A DNA stretch of 64,000 nt from a virus. Under the pieces are notes generated by a model. It was given only the letters and a program-made list of their open reading frames with translations, did not search any database and was not told the DNA's origin. Made by a program: the position numbers and the translations under genes. The stretch lies in IMG/VR virus record IMGVR_UViG_3300029922_000038, positions 1 to 64,000 of that record. One strand, written 5' to 3'. Below are positions 28,660-37,990 of the stretch, one piece after another. Within the stretch, counting starts at the first letter, position 1. Every line of letters starts with the position of its first letter.

Positions 28660-28688
28660 AAATATTAGTTATTTCAATAAATATTGTT

Positions 28689-28696
28689 TATATTTG
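28689..28696 (+). promoter_or_regulatory. -7 promoter element for intron endonuclease
   Basis: TATATTTG upstream of ATG 28718. Confidence 0.55.
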
Positions 28697-28717
28697 TACA
28701 TAATAAAATGTATAAAT

Positions 28718-29545
28718 ATGAAATTACTTTCAAAACAAGAAAAAGAAAAAATTGCAGAATTATATGATTCTGGATTAAATGCAGTAGAGATTAAAAGAGA
28801 GATGGGTTTAAAAAATCATCAACAAGTATATAATGTATTAAAATATTTACCTCAATATCAAGCATATAAATATGGTAGAGGGGATAATAGAAAATATACA
28901 CTAAATGAAGATTATTTTAAAATTATTAATTCAGAAGAAAAAGCATATATATTTGGTTTTATATGTGCAGATGGACATGTAGCTTTTAATAGACTAAGAA
29001 TATTAGTAGCAACAAAAGATAAAGATATACTTGAAAAAATTAGAGTATGTTTAGAGTCTTCTGATGAAGTAGAAGATGTAATTAGAGAATCCAGATTTTC
29101 TTATGGAAAAAGATTATTCTATCATTCGCAAATAGCATTTAATTCAATTAAACTTGCAAAAGATTTGTTAAATTTAGGATTAGATAGTAGAAAAACTTAT
29201 TCTTTATCATCAAAAATATTAGAAAATATTCCTCTTAATTATATGAAGGATTTTTTAAGAGGATATTTTGATGGAGATGGGAATGTTATGTATGGGAATA
29301 AATATAGTTCTGGTAAGAAATATCTTATTCAGATAGCTGGGAATAAAGAGTTTTTAGAAAATTCTTTTGGAAAATATTTTCCAACAACTAATAAGTATTA
29401 TTTTTTCCCTAAATCTATACAAACTTGGTGTTATAAACTATCATCTAAAGAAAATGTGAATAAATTTTTAGAATATATTTACAAAGATTCTACAATTTTT
29501 CTTAATAGAAAGTATAATATTTATAAAAATAATGTGGCCATTTAA
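28718..29545 (+). CDS. LAGLIDADG homing endonuclease (two motifs, N-terminal HTH)
   Basis: AYIFGFICADG and FLRGYFDGDG. Confidence 0.93.
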   Translation: MKLLSKQEKEKIAELYDSGLNAVEIKREMGLKNHQQVYNVLKYLPQYQAYKYGRGDNRKYTLNEDYFKIINSEEKAYIFGFICADGHVAFNRLRILVATKDKDILEKIRVCLESSDEVEDVIRESRFSYGKRLFYHSQIAFNSIKLAKDLLNLGLDSRKTYSLSSKILENIPLNYMKDFLRGYFDGDGNVMYGNKYSSGKKYLIQIAGNKEFLENSFGKYFPTTNKYYFFPKSIQTWCYKLSSKENVNKFLEYIYKDSTIFLNRKYNIYKNNVAI

Positions 29546-29805
29546 AACACATTGAATTGCTGGAAACCTAAGTCTATTTATAGATATGGCAATCAGCAGC
29601 TAAGATTAATCTTATGATTAATAAAGTTCAGAGACTATCGAAAACACAGTTTAAAAACTGGAAGTTAGTAGAGTACATCCAAGTGGATGGAAGCGGTGTG
29701 ACTTTACACTTAGTAAAGTATGATATAGTCCGATACCACGTAACTACTGAAGTTACTATACCGAAAGGGTGGAAGTTGTCTAACGAACAACAGGTAAATT
29801 TATTG

Positions 29806-30603
29806 ACATTTTTTTCAGGTACAGATATAGGGCATTTACATTCTCAATCTCCAGATCATAATTACTTTCTATCTTTAATTGTTAATTTTGCGTGTGAACC
29901 AATTGCTAAAGTAGCTTTTGCTTCTACGCGAAAATTAGCTTCATCATCTTCTTTTAGTTTTAGAGATGATGAAGGGAATATACAATTTCAAGAAGATAAT
30001 AGTAATAAAGAAGAAGATATTACAGTAGTATTTAATTGTGATGTATTTGTAGAAATAGAACCTAAACTTCTTGATAGAATAGATGAATTAAAAGAAGCTA
30101 AGAAAAATAGGTATAAACAATTTACAAATAATTGGAATACTAAAAAACAAAATTATATTCATACTGATTTTGATTGGGAAAAATGGAAAGCTGAACAAAA
30201 TGGAGAAGGAATAGCTACTGTTTGGGATACTGAAGGTAAGAGATTAAATGCTACTGATATTCAAACGGAGTTTGATTTTAGTAATCATGAAAAACTTATT
30301 GCAGATTCACAAATAGAATATTTTACTAAATGTTTACTTGCTGATACTTATAATGATTATGAGAAAACAGTAGAATTATTAGTAGAAGATAGAAATGCTT
30401 GTGTAGATACAAATGCTGAAGCAAGACAATGTTGTATGGCCATGCACATGATGTATGATTCTGTTTTTCATGATGATACTTATTTTACTGAAGTCATGAC
30501 TAAAGTTATAGCTCTATTAGGTAAATATAAAAGTGATTTTACAACAAAGATGATTTCTATCATTAAACAAGAATTAAAAGAATATGTCAGCACAGAATTA
30601 TGA
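29806..30603 (+). CDS. JAB/MPN metalloprotease, exon 2
   Basis: TFFSGTD completes HxH-x7-S-x2-D; FLSLIVN; spliced protein about 399 aa. Confidence 0.88.
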   Translation, partial: TFFSGTDIGHLHSQSPDHNYFLSLIVNFACEPIAKVAFASTRKLASSSSFSFRDDEGNIQFQEDNSNKEEDITVVFNCDVFVEIEPKLLDRIDELKEAKKNRYKQFTNNWNTKKQNYIHTDFDWEKWKAEQNGEGIATVWDTEGKRLNATDIQTEFDFSNHEKLIADSQIEYFTKCLLADTYNDYEKTVELLVEDRNACVDTNAEARQCCMAMHMMYDSVFHDDTYFTEVMTKVIALLGKYKSDFTTKMISIIKQELKEYVSTEL

Positions 30604-31291
30604 TAGATTTAAAGATGCTCCTTGGTTCAAACCCCTTAAAGTAATTGTAGGGGGTGCTGGAGGTATAGGTTCCAATCTTATTTATCTCTTAGCTAAAATG
30701 CCATATCGAATTTATATATATGATTTTGATGTAGTAGAAGCACATAATAGTTGTCAAATGCTTGGAGGTTTTACTAATATAGGTAAGTTAAAAACAAGAG
30801 CAGTAAGAGAACTTGCACAAAAATTATCAGATAATTATGGTATTAGAGAGTTTGGAGAATATACTTCAGAAGGAATGGTAGACGATATTATGTTTGCTGG
30901 ATTTGATAATATGAAAGCAAGGAAGTTAATGTATGATAACTGGAAACAATATCAATTAACTAAAGTAGAAGAACCTGCTATAGAAGAACCTAAGAAAGAG
31001 GTTAATTTATTTGTAGATATGAGATTAGCAGCAGAAACAGGTATTATATATTTTATAGACTCTAAAGAAAGAATGGAAAGATATGAAGCTGAATTATTTG
31101 ATGATTCAGAAGTTCCAGATGAACCATGTACTTTTAGAGCTACTGCTCATGCTTCTATGTTAATAGCTTCTTATGCTGTTGCAGGGTTAGTTAATAAGGT
31201 AACTAATGTTGAATGGGGAATAGAGGCAAGAGAAGTACCATTTAAACTTAATTTTGAATTACCATTATTTAATATGAAAACAATTGTATGA
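30584..31291 (+). CDS. ThiF/MoeB/E1-family adenylyltransferase
   Basis: GAGGIGS, YDFDVVEAHN, K, FDNMKAR, DMR, candidate catalytic Cys182. Confidence 0.92.
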   Translation: MSAQNYDRFKDAPWFKPLKVIVGGAGGIGSNLIYLLAKMPYRIYIYDFDVVEAHNSCQMLGGFTNIGKLKTRAVRELAQKLSDNYGIREFGEYTSEGMVDDIMFAGFDNMKARKLMYDNWKQYQLTKVEEPAIEEPKKEVNLFVDMRLAAETGIIYFIDSKERMERYEAELFDDSEVPDEPCTFRATAHASMLIASYAVAGLVNKVTNVEWGIEAREVPFKLNFELPLFNMKTIV

Positions 31292-32316
31292 TAGAGCAAT
31301 TACATATAGAAAATAATTTTGGATTTATATTACAAAATCATGGCATTAAAGAAAGTAATTCTTATTGTGAATATGTTCCTTTTTATATATTAAAGCAGAA
31401 TACAGATTCTTTAATAAAATTAGAACAAGAGAATAGGCAAGGTATAGAAGAAATATATAATAATTTATATCATGAGTTTCAATTATGTCAAGATCAAACT
31501 TTTTCTCAATATTATACTATTGCTGAATTACCTGCTTTATTTCAAGAAAATGATATTATTAGTCATAGATTTAGATTAAGAAATTATGAAGAAGGAATAT
31601 ATTCTCCTTTTAATTTAGAAATAGAAGAAAATATAATTAGGCAATATGAAGATACTAAAAAATTTATATCTTTATTTTCATTAGTAATTCCTATTAAATA
31701 TGTACCTTATGTACAAATATGTTTAATGTTAGAAGAACCTATTGATTTAAGAGTATATGAATTTTGGATTAAAGAAGATTTTGATATTAAAGATTCTATT
31801 TATACTAATTATAGAAAACTATATAGAAAGTATTTATTACCTGATTTAAAAGAGAATAATGTTCCTATTGTAGTTAAAAAAGATATAGATAAAGAACTTT
31901 ATTTCTTTCCTGAAATGCCTAAATTTAAAAGAACTTCTGATTATGATAAATATGTAGAAGAACTTGTTAAAGATAGTATTATTAAATTAAGGATAGATAA
32001 TGGTATACAAGGTATTAATAATGATTTTCGTGTAACTTTTGAAAGTAATGATTATATATTAGAAGAAGGTACATTAAATGTTAATGGTACTACTTGGAGA
32101 ACTTTTAATAATTCTGGAGATAATTTAGTATCACAAATAATGAGTACTGATACTTATCAACCGTTAACTGCTGCAAGATTAGATTCATTTATATCAAATT
32201 TAACTTTTAATTCAAATAGTTCATTAGGTAGTAATATGCCCCCTGAAGAAAATCTAAATCATATTAATAATGAATTATATCAAGAAGCATTAAGGAGTAT
32301 GGAAACTTCTGAATAA
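31288..32316 (+). CDS. hypothetical protein coupled to E1 gene
   Basis: ATGA overlap, 342 aa. Confidence 0.8.
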   Translation: MIEQLHIENNFGFILQNHGIKESNSYCEYVPFYILKQNTDSLIKLEQENRQGIEEIYNNLYHEFQLCQDQTFSQYYTIAELPALFQENDIISHRFRLRNYEEGIYSPFNLEIEENIIRQYEDTKKFISLFSLVIPIKYVPYVQICLMLEEPIDLRVYEFWIKEDFDIKDSIYTNYRKLYRKYLLPDLKENNVPIVVKKDIDKELYFFPEMPKFKRTSDYDKYVEELVKDSIIKLRIDNGIQGINNDFRVTFESNDYILEEGTLNVNGTTWRTFNNSGDNLVSQIMSTDTYQPLTAARLDSFISNLTFNSNSSLGSNMPPEENLNHINNELYQEALRSMETSE

Positions 32317-32541
32317 GAAGAACAAGAAATAGAAAATGGTGCTCTTGAAGAAGAATGGTATGGAATAGGATTTGAATTAGGAGATGAATTTTAAAAATTA
32401 AATATTATGAGAATTATAAAATATTTTAGTCATAGTTTTAAAAGTTCTATAAAACATAGAATTGGGTCTAATAAAACTAATACTGAACATCAGTATTATA
32501 ATATTTGGACTAATAAAACATGGCTTGAAAAACAATAACAG

Positions 32542-33159
32542 ATGGAATTAATAACAAGTATTGTTATTCCTAAATACATAAGACAAATACAAGTATCTAA
32601 ACATAGAAGAGCTACTTATTATAAAGTAGGAGAAAAGAAAATACCTAAAAAGTATGATACTTTCCCATTTGAAAAGTTTGGTAATACTTTGTTTTTATGT
32701 AATCCAGGAACTAAAACAAGAGTAATTAAAAATAGTAAATCTGTTGGTACTCCAAGATATTTAGCTATAAATGGTCAAAAATTCTATAGTGGTTTTGCTT
32801 CTGAACATGAAAGAATGGCAATTGTATATGGTCTAAAAGATTATTATGAAGAAATAATAACAGCTTTAGCACCAATAACTGTATTTCCAATATATATTAA
32901 ATATATATATTTTGCTAAAACTGAAATAGGTGATAGTATAGCAGATTTAGATAATTTATCTTACTGCTATACTAAAACCTTTCAAGATTGGTTAACTTTA
33001 ACTAAGAAGATACCAGAAGATAATACAAGATATATCAGAAGTTTTCAACCAGAAGTATTTCCAGTAGAAACTGATGAAGAAAGGAGATTAATTATATTAA
33101 TATATAAGTATAATCCTAATATTACAATTAAAGAATTAAAGAAATTAAATTTATATTAA
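32542..33159 (+). CDS. RusA-like Holliday junction resolvase
   Basis: DLDNL...K..QD......IPEDN. Confidence 0.75.
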   Translation: MELITSIVIPKYIRQIQVSKHRRATYYKVGEKKIPKKYDTFPFEKFGNTLFLCNPGTKTRVIKNSKSVGTPRYLAINGQKFYSGFASEHERMAIVYGLKDYYEEIITALAPITVFPIYIKYIYFAKTEIGDSIADLDNLSYCYTKTFQDWLTLTKKIPEDNTRYIRSFQPEVFPVETDEERRLIILIYKYNPNITIKELKKLNLY

Positions 33160-33378
33160 ATGAAAAGAGAAACATTAATAAGAGCTAATGAAGTAGATAA
33201 TAAACTTAGAAGATGGGAAGCCATATTAGAAGGATGCACAAGAAAAGGTAGTCTTTCAGTAAATGACATTCATATTAATAATGTAACTTTAAATTCAATT
33301 GAATTATTTGCTATAGCAGATTTAGCTAAAGATAAAATTGCTCAACTTGAAATATTATTAACTGCTATAAAAGATTAA
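33160..33378 (+). CDS. hypothetical protein
   Basis: Packed ORF. Confidence 0.7.
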   Translation: MKRETLIRANEVDNKLRRWEAILEGCTRKGSLSVNDIHINNVTLNSIELFAIADLAKDKIAQLEILLTAIKD

Positions 33379-33381
33379 CAT

Positions 33382-34335
33382 ATGAATTATTTTGAAGTAA
33401 AAGCAATTAGCAATAGTGCTTTAAATGCACTTGACCCAGAGATGGGTGGAAGTCCTGCTAAATTTAAAAAATATATGGATGGAGTATATGAAAGTAAAGA
33501 ATCCCTTTCTTTGGAGAGGGGTTCTTTATTACATTCATGGTTAGAACATCAGGATAATTTTATAGTAGCAGACTTAGATAAACCTACTGGGCAAATGGGG
33601 GCTTATGTAGAGAGTTATTATAAGAATTTGATAGCTGGATATGATTCTGTATCTGCAAGTGAAATAGCATATGCAGAAGTAGGATTTAAGAGAGATAAAA
33701 TAGAAACAGTATTAAAGAAATTTACTGAACCTGAAAATGCTGAATATTTTCATTTTTTAGAAGAAGCTACTGGTAAAAATGTATTAACAAAAGCTACTAA
33801 AGAAATATTAGAGGCTTGTAAACAGTCTATACAAAATAATAAGATAGCTTGGGAATTAATTTGTAAACCTTGGCCACATAAAGAGAAAGAATTATATTGG
33901 TGTGATAATTTAGAATTACAGAGAAAAGTTAAAATAGATCATTTAACTATAGATAATAATAAAGGTATTATATGGCTTACTGATTATAAAACTACTTCTA
34001 AATCAGCTTATAATTTTAAAGATACTTTAGATTATTGGAGATATTATAGACAATTAGAATATTATAAAGAGGCCATACTGTCAGTTGATTCTCATACATA
34101 TTTTGTAGAAGATGATATTAAAGATTATACAGTTATTTGCAATATAATAGTTTGTGAGACATTTGGAGATTTTAATACAGTTGTATATAATATAAATCAA
34201 TCTTACTTGGATAAAGGTAGAGAAGAATTAGATTCTCTATTACAAAGAGCTAAATGGCATATAGATAATGATATTTGGAATCAATCTAAAGAAGAATATC
34301 CTCAAGGTTATATTAGCCTTTCTTTCACTAAATAA
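33382..34335 (+). CDS. PD-(D/E)XK exonuclease (RecE/ExoVIII-like)
   Basis: AISNSAL, GSLLH, E, KIDHL, DYKTT, YYRQLEYY. Confidence 0.88.
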   Translation: MNYFEVKAISNSALNALDPEMGGSPAKFKKYMDGVYESKESLSLERGSLLHSWLEHQDNFIVADLDKPTGQMGAYVESYYKNLIAGYDSVSASEIAYAEVGFKRDKIETVLKKFTEPENAEYFHFLEEATGKNVLTKATKEILEACKQSIQNNKIAWELICKPWPHKEKELYWCDNLELQRKVKIDHLTIDNNKGIIWLTDYKTTSKSAYNFKDTLDYWRYYRQLEYYKEAILSVDSHTYFVEDDIKDYTVICNIIVCETFGDFNTVVYNINQSYLDKGREELDSLLQRAKWHIDNDIWNQSKEEYPQGYISLSFTK

Positions 34336-34342
34336 TTAAATT

Positions 34343-34816
34343 ATGAATTCTTTAAAACCTGTTTTATTTTTATTTATTAGTATTAGTATTATATTAGGTT
34401 TTTTATTATACCCCTATCATTTAAGTTATATTAAAGATAAACCTATTATAATTAATAATACCGATACTTTCTTTGTTATGAATGTTACTTGTTATAGAAT
34501 AACTAATTCTAAATGTTGGAATAATAAAAGTGCTTGTAATAAACCTATTAATAGAATTAACCCTATAGATAGTAAAGTTATAGCTTTACCAAGAGAAATG
34601 ATTAAGAAATATAATAAGAATGCTTATTTCTCTTATGGGGATAGCGTAGAACTAATAGGTAAAGACTTTATATATGCTGGAAAGTATATAGTAGGAGAAA
34701 CTACAGCTACTAATATACATAATAGTATAGATATAGAAGTAGGTAAAAGTAATAAAATAGGAGTTTGGAAAGGTATTTTCATTAAAAAGATTAAAAATAA
34801 TTTGATGGTTAACTAA
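34343..34816 (+). CDS. 3D-domain-like protein with N-terminal TM (possible cell-wall enzyme)
   Basis: VTCY, VIAL, YGDSV, YIVGET, IDI pattern. Confidence 0.6.
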   Translation: MNSLKPVLFLFISISIILGFLLYPYHLSYIKDKPIIINNTDTFFVMNVTCYRITNSKCWNNKSACNKPINRINPIDSKVIALPREMIKKYNKNAYFSYGDSVELIGKDFIYAGKYIVGETTATNIHNSIDIEVGKSNKIGVWKGIFIKKIKNNLMVN

Positions 34817-34831
34817 AAAGAGTTAACTTTG
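34801..34831 (+). promoter_or_regulatory. Bacteroidota primary-sigma promoter
   Basis: TTTG-N19-TAACTTTG upstream of GroES-like gene. Confidence 0.75.
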
Positions 34832-34846
34832 AACAAAATATAAAAA

Positions 34847-35326
34847 ATGAGTACAAATAAGAAAGTAAATCCAAAAGTAGTGCAAGTAGCACAACCACAA
34901 AAAGAACAACCTTTGAATGGAGATCATAATCCAAATGGTATTAAAAAAGTAGATTTTAAACCTAATGATGGTATGATTATGTTTGATTATATTAAACCAC
35001 CAAAAGAAGGTGTAACTAAAGGGGGAATTGTTATACCTGAAAGTTTACAAAAAAGTTCTATATTAAAAGCTATAGTAGTAGCAGTAGGGGATGATGTAAA
35101 ATATGAAGTAGGAGATTTAATTGCCCTTATGCCAGCCCCTGACCACTGGGTATTATTTGAACATAGAAATTATAAATTCTTTCTTTGTTATAATAATATG
35201 ATATTTGGTAAATATACAGATGTCAAATATACTGAAGAAGAAGAATACCCAGTAGAATCTTCTATTTTGCAATTAGAAACTCCAGGTCTTATTCTACCAT
35301 TCTCTAATATACAAGGAGAAGCATAA
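34847..35326 (+). CDS. groES: co-chaperonin GroES-like protein
   Basis: TKGGIVIP mobile loop; VVAVG; VGD. Confidence 0.82.
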   Translation: MSTNKKVNPKVVQVAQPQKEQPLNGDHNPNGIKKVDFKPNDGMIMFDYIKPPKEGVTKGGIVIPESLQKSSILKAIVVAVGDDVKYEVGDLIALMPAPDHWVLFEHRNYKFFLCYNNMIFGKYTDVKYTEEEEYPVESSILQLETPGLILPFSNIQGEA

Positions 35327-35877
35327 TGGAACAAGGGGAGATTGCCCACTTGGTCATTGAAAGTACAAGAATAGCTAAAGAAAAAGGGTTTCATGAAAAT
35401 TTTAACCTTAAAGAAAAGCTATTCTTACTAATTTCAGAATTAAGTGAAGCTATGGAAGCAGATAGAAATAGTGAACATGCTATGTTGGATGAATATAAAG
35501 AGGCAAATGAGGATCCTCTTTTAGATTTTAATTCTGAATCATATGTTTACTATATTAAAGACACATTTGAGGCAGAATTAGCGGGTACATTTATAAGATT
35601 AGGACATATTTGTGGTTATCTTAATCAAATGCCTGTTATAATAGACAAATTCTATTTAGAAAATAAGAGAACATTTGCTGAAGCTTGCTTTGATTTATGC
35701 CCAGCTATACTTATGATTCATGTAGATAGGGTTAATCTAAATACTAATCTTAGTGTTATACTTACTTCACTTATACAAACATGTAATCAATTTGGAGTAG
35801 CTAATATACAAGAGTATATAGATTTAGAATTAAAATTCTTTGAAAGTAGACCTTTTAAACATAATAAAAAATACTAA
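35326..35877 (+). CDS. MazG-like nucleotide pyrophosphohydrolase
   Basis: KGF, LISELSEAMEADR, ELA, RPFKH. Confidence 0.8.
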   Translation: MEQGEIAHLVIESTRIAKEKGFHENFNLKEKLFLLISELSEAMEADRNSEHAMLDEYKEANEDPLLDFNSESYVYYIKDTFEAELAGTFIRLGHICGYLNQMPVIIDKFYLENKRTFAEACFDLCPAILMIHVDRVNLNTNLSVILTSLIQTCNQFGVANIQEYIDLELKFFESRPFKHNKKY

Positions 35878-35878
35878 A

Positions 35879-36127
35879 ATGAAATTTGAAGATATTGGAA
35901 GTGGTTGGTTAAAAGATGCCGCTTATAGAAATTCTAAATTAACTAAAGATGAAATGAGAAGATCTATTCTAAAATTATCTTCTTTTAAAGATAAATTAGC
36001 AAGTGATTATGTAGAATTTGATCTTAGGGAAGAAGATGGGGATGAAATGATTGCCCATAAAAAAGTACAAGCAGTATTTGTAGAAGGGGTATTTTATATA
36101 CCTACAATAAATTATAATAAATGTTAA
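35879..36127 (+). CDS. hypothetical protein
   Basis: Track ORF 35840..36127; ATG 35879. Confidence 0.7.
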   Translation: MKFEDIGSGWLKDAAYRNSKLTKDEMRRSILKLSSFKDKLASDYVEFDLREEDGDEMIAHKKVQAVFVEGVFYIPTINYNKC

Positions 36128-36128
36128 T

Positions 36129-36389
36129 ATGAGTATATACATACAAAAAGAACCAGGACAAGTAGAAGCTATTCAGTTCACTGGATTAAATTTTAATGAG
36201 TGTGAAGAGTTTGCAGAAGGTATTATATTTCATATAGTAAGAACTCCTGGTGGAGAGAGATATGGTATTATTGATAATAAAAGAGTGAACCCTACAGATT
36301 ATATTGAAAGATTTGAATATGAAGGGGAAATGGAATATACTGTTTCAGATAAAGAAGATTTTGAACAATATTATAAATTATTAAAATAA
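36129..36389 (+). CDS. conserved phage protein
   Basis: VEAIQFTG...DYI...FEQYY. Confidence 0.8.
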   Translation: MSIYIQKEPGQVEAIQFTGLNFNECEEFAEGIIFHIVRTPGGERYGIIDNKRVNPTDYIERFEYEGEMEYTVSDKEDFEQYYKLLK

Positions 36390-36393
36390 AATT

Positions 36394-36603
36394 GTGTTTC
36401 AAATAAGAGGCAAGGATTTTATAAGTGAAGAAGATAGTAATTCAGTAGTAGAAGTGAGTAAAATAGACATAACTAATATGGAATGGAAAAAAATTGCTGA
36501 ATTGCTTAATTTGAAACTTATAGATCCTTGTCTTTCTTTATATGAGAATATAGATGGAATATTTGTATTAGGTAAATATGGTTTTGTTAAACAAATAAAA
36601 TAA
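36394..36603 (+). CDS. hypothetical protein
   Basis: Non-ATG start; fills gap. Confidence 0.55.
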   Translation: MFQIRGKDFISEEDSNSVVEVSKIDITNMEWKKIAELLNLKLIDPCLSLYENIDGIFVLGKYGFVKQIK

Positions 36604-36911
36604 TGACAAGAGAAGAATTTCTCCAAAGCGCAGATACTCTTTGGAGTGAAATAATGGTAGTTAATAAAGAAAAAGGTAGAGATTATACTGTAAATAGTGA
36701 AGATGCTCTTGCTAACTTTAAAGTTAGTGGAGAAGATTTTAACATAGAACCTATGAAAGTATTGGGTATATTAATGTCTAAACATGATAAAGCTATATAT
36801 TCATATATTAAATCAGGAGGACAGAATGAATCAGAACCCATAAGAGGAAGACTTCACGATAGTATTCTTTATAAATTTCTATTAAACGCTTTAATAGAAG
36901 AACAAATATAA
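36603..36911 (+). CDS. putative nucleotide-modification-associated helical protein
   Basis: KGRDY...DALANF...KH...E.I.GR..D. Confidence 0.7.
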   Translation: MTREEFLQSADTLWSEIMVVNKEKGRDYTVNSEDALANFKVSGEDFNIEPMKVLGILMSKHDKAIYSYIKSGGQNESEPIRGRLHDSILYKFLLNALIEEQI

Positions 36912-36918
36912 TAATAAA

Positions 36919-37161
36919 ATGAGAGGAGTAATAGAGGTTTTTATGCAACCAAAAAAGAAGAAATTAACTTGTGATGGATATTATATGATACAAGATAGAA
37001 TGGGAGATTTTACACCTGATTGGTGTGATGGAACTATAAAACATAATCAATCTTATATATCTATATCTATAAATGATGGAGAATATAAAACAAATTGGCA
37101 TGATTGTAAAACATGTCATGAATATATAAAAGTATATGAACTTGATTTAGTAGAAGCATGA
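36919..37161 (+). CDS. hypothetical protein
   Basis: Cys-containing ORF. Confidence 0.65.
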   Translation: MRGVIEVFMQPKKKKLTCDGYYMIQDRMGDFTPDWCDGTIKHNQSYISISINDGEYKTNWHDCKTCHEYIKVYELDLVEA

Positions 37162-37367
37162 ATAATAAACAAATAGAAGATATATTATCTCTGAAAACAG
37201 AGAAGGATAGATTAGAAGATTTTTTATCTAAAAAACCAAATACTAATAAGTTAGATTGGGATTATGGTTCTCTATACCTAAACGAATTTCCAGTATTTAG
37301 AGATAGAATAAATACTCTTGTAAAATTTAGGATAGGTGAAATTAAAAATATATTAACCAAATTATGA
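37158..37367 (+). CDS. hypothetical protein
   Basis: ATGA overlaps on both sides. Confidence 0.7.
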   Translation: MNNKQIEDILSLKTEKDRLEDFLSKKPNTNKLDWDYGSLYLNEFPVFRDRINTLVKFRIGEIKNILTKL

Positions 37368-37990
37368 GAAATATATTAACATTAATTGGATGGGGATTGG
37401 CTATTCTATTTTGTACATTATTTTTACTTAAATGTAATAACAATGTTACTACAAAATTAGAATATAAAAATCCTAAAGATTCTACTAAAATAACTATAGT
37501 GGATACTACTCATAAAAAACCTATTCTTATATATAAAGATAGTTTTATTAAAGGGGATACAAAATACATAAAAGGAGAAACTATATATCAAAAAGGGGAT
37601 ACAGTTTATATTCCCGTTAAGTCTATGTATTTGACTACTGGAGATACTTTAGCAATAGTAAATGATTATTATCTTAAAAAGATATTTAAAGGCACTTTTT
37701 CTGTAGATTCAGTAAATGTAACTTGGTATGATAGTGTATCTCAAAATAGAAGTTTAGGACATAAATTTGTTATACAAAACCTAAGACCTACTTTACAAAT
37801 ACCTACTGTTAATACTCACAAAAGAGTATTATATTTTGGTGGAAGTTTAGGTTGGTCTTTAAATAGTAGATTACCCTCATTGGCTCCTACTATGGTTTAT
37901 ACAGATAAACAAGAAAGAGGATTTGTATTATCTTATGATTTAATTAATAGAACTACTCAAATAGGAATAGTTGCAAAATTACATTTTTAG
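37364..37990 (+). CDS. membrane-anchored protein, possible spanin-like
   Basis: N-terminal TM, DT-rich linker, C-terminal beta strands ending in F. Confidence 0.65.
   Translation: MRNILTLIGWGLAILFCTLFLLKCNNNVTTKLEYKNPKDSTKITIVDTTHKKPILIYKDSFIKGDTKYIKGETIYQKGDTVYIPVKSMYLTTGDTLAIVNDYYLKKIFKGTFSVDSVNVTWYDSVSQNRSLGHKFVIQNLRPTLQIPTVNTHKRVLYFGGSLGWSLNSRLPSLAPTMVYTDKQERGFVLSYDLINRTTQIGIVAKLHF

Larger units (their letters stand above)
28660..29805 (+). mobile_element. group I intron in JAB gene
   Basis: Core GAATTGCTGGAA, AATCAGCAG, GTTCAGAGACTA, GATATAGTCC; P1 AATGGCT/GGCCATT with U.G; P10 AATGT/ACATT; terminal G. Confidence 0.93.

Noticed and set aside
29614-29805. N-terminal 64 codons of track ORF 29614..30603
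   Set aside because: Lie within the intron catalytic core; real coding resumes at 29806
30584-31291. ThiF as thiamine/molybdopterin or RiPP biosynthesis enzyme
   Set aside because: No ThiS/MoaD pathway or peptide-maturation genes nearby; JAB and E2-like neighbours favour protein conjugation
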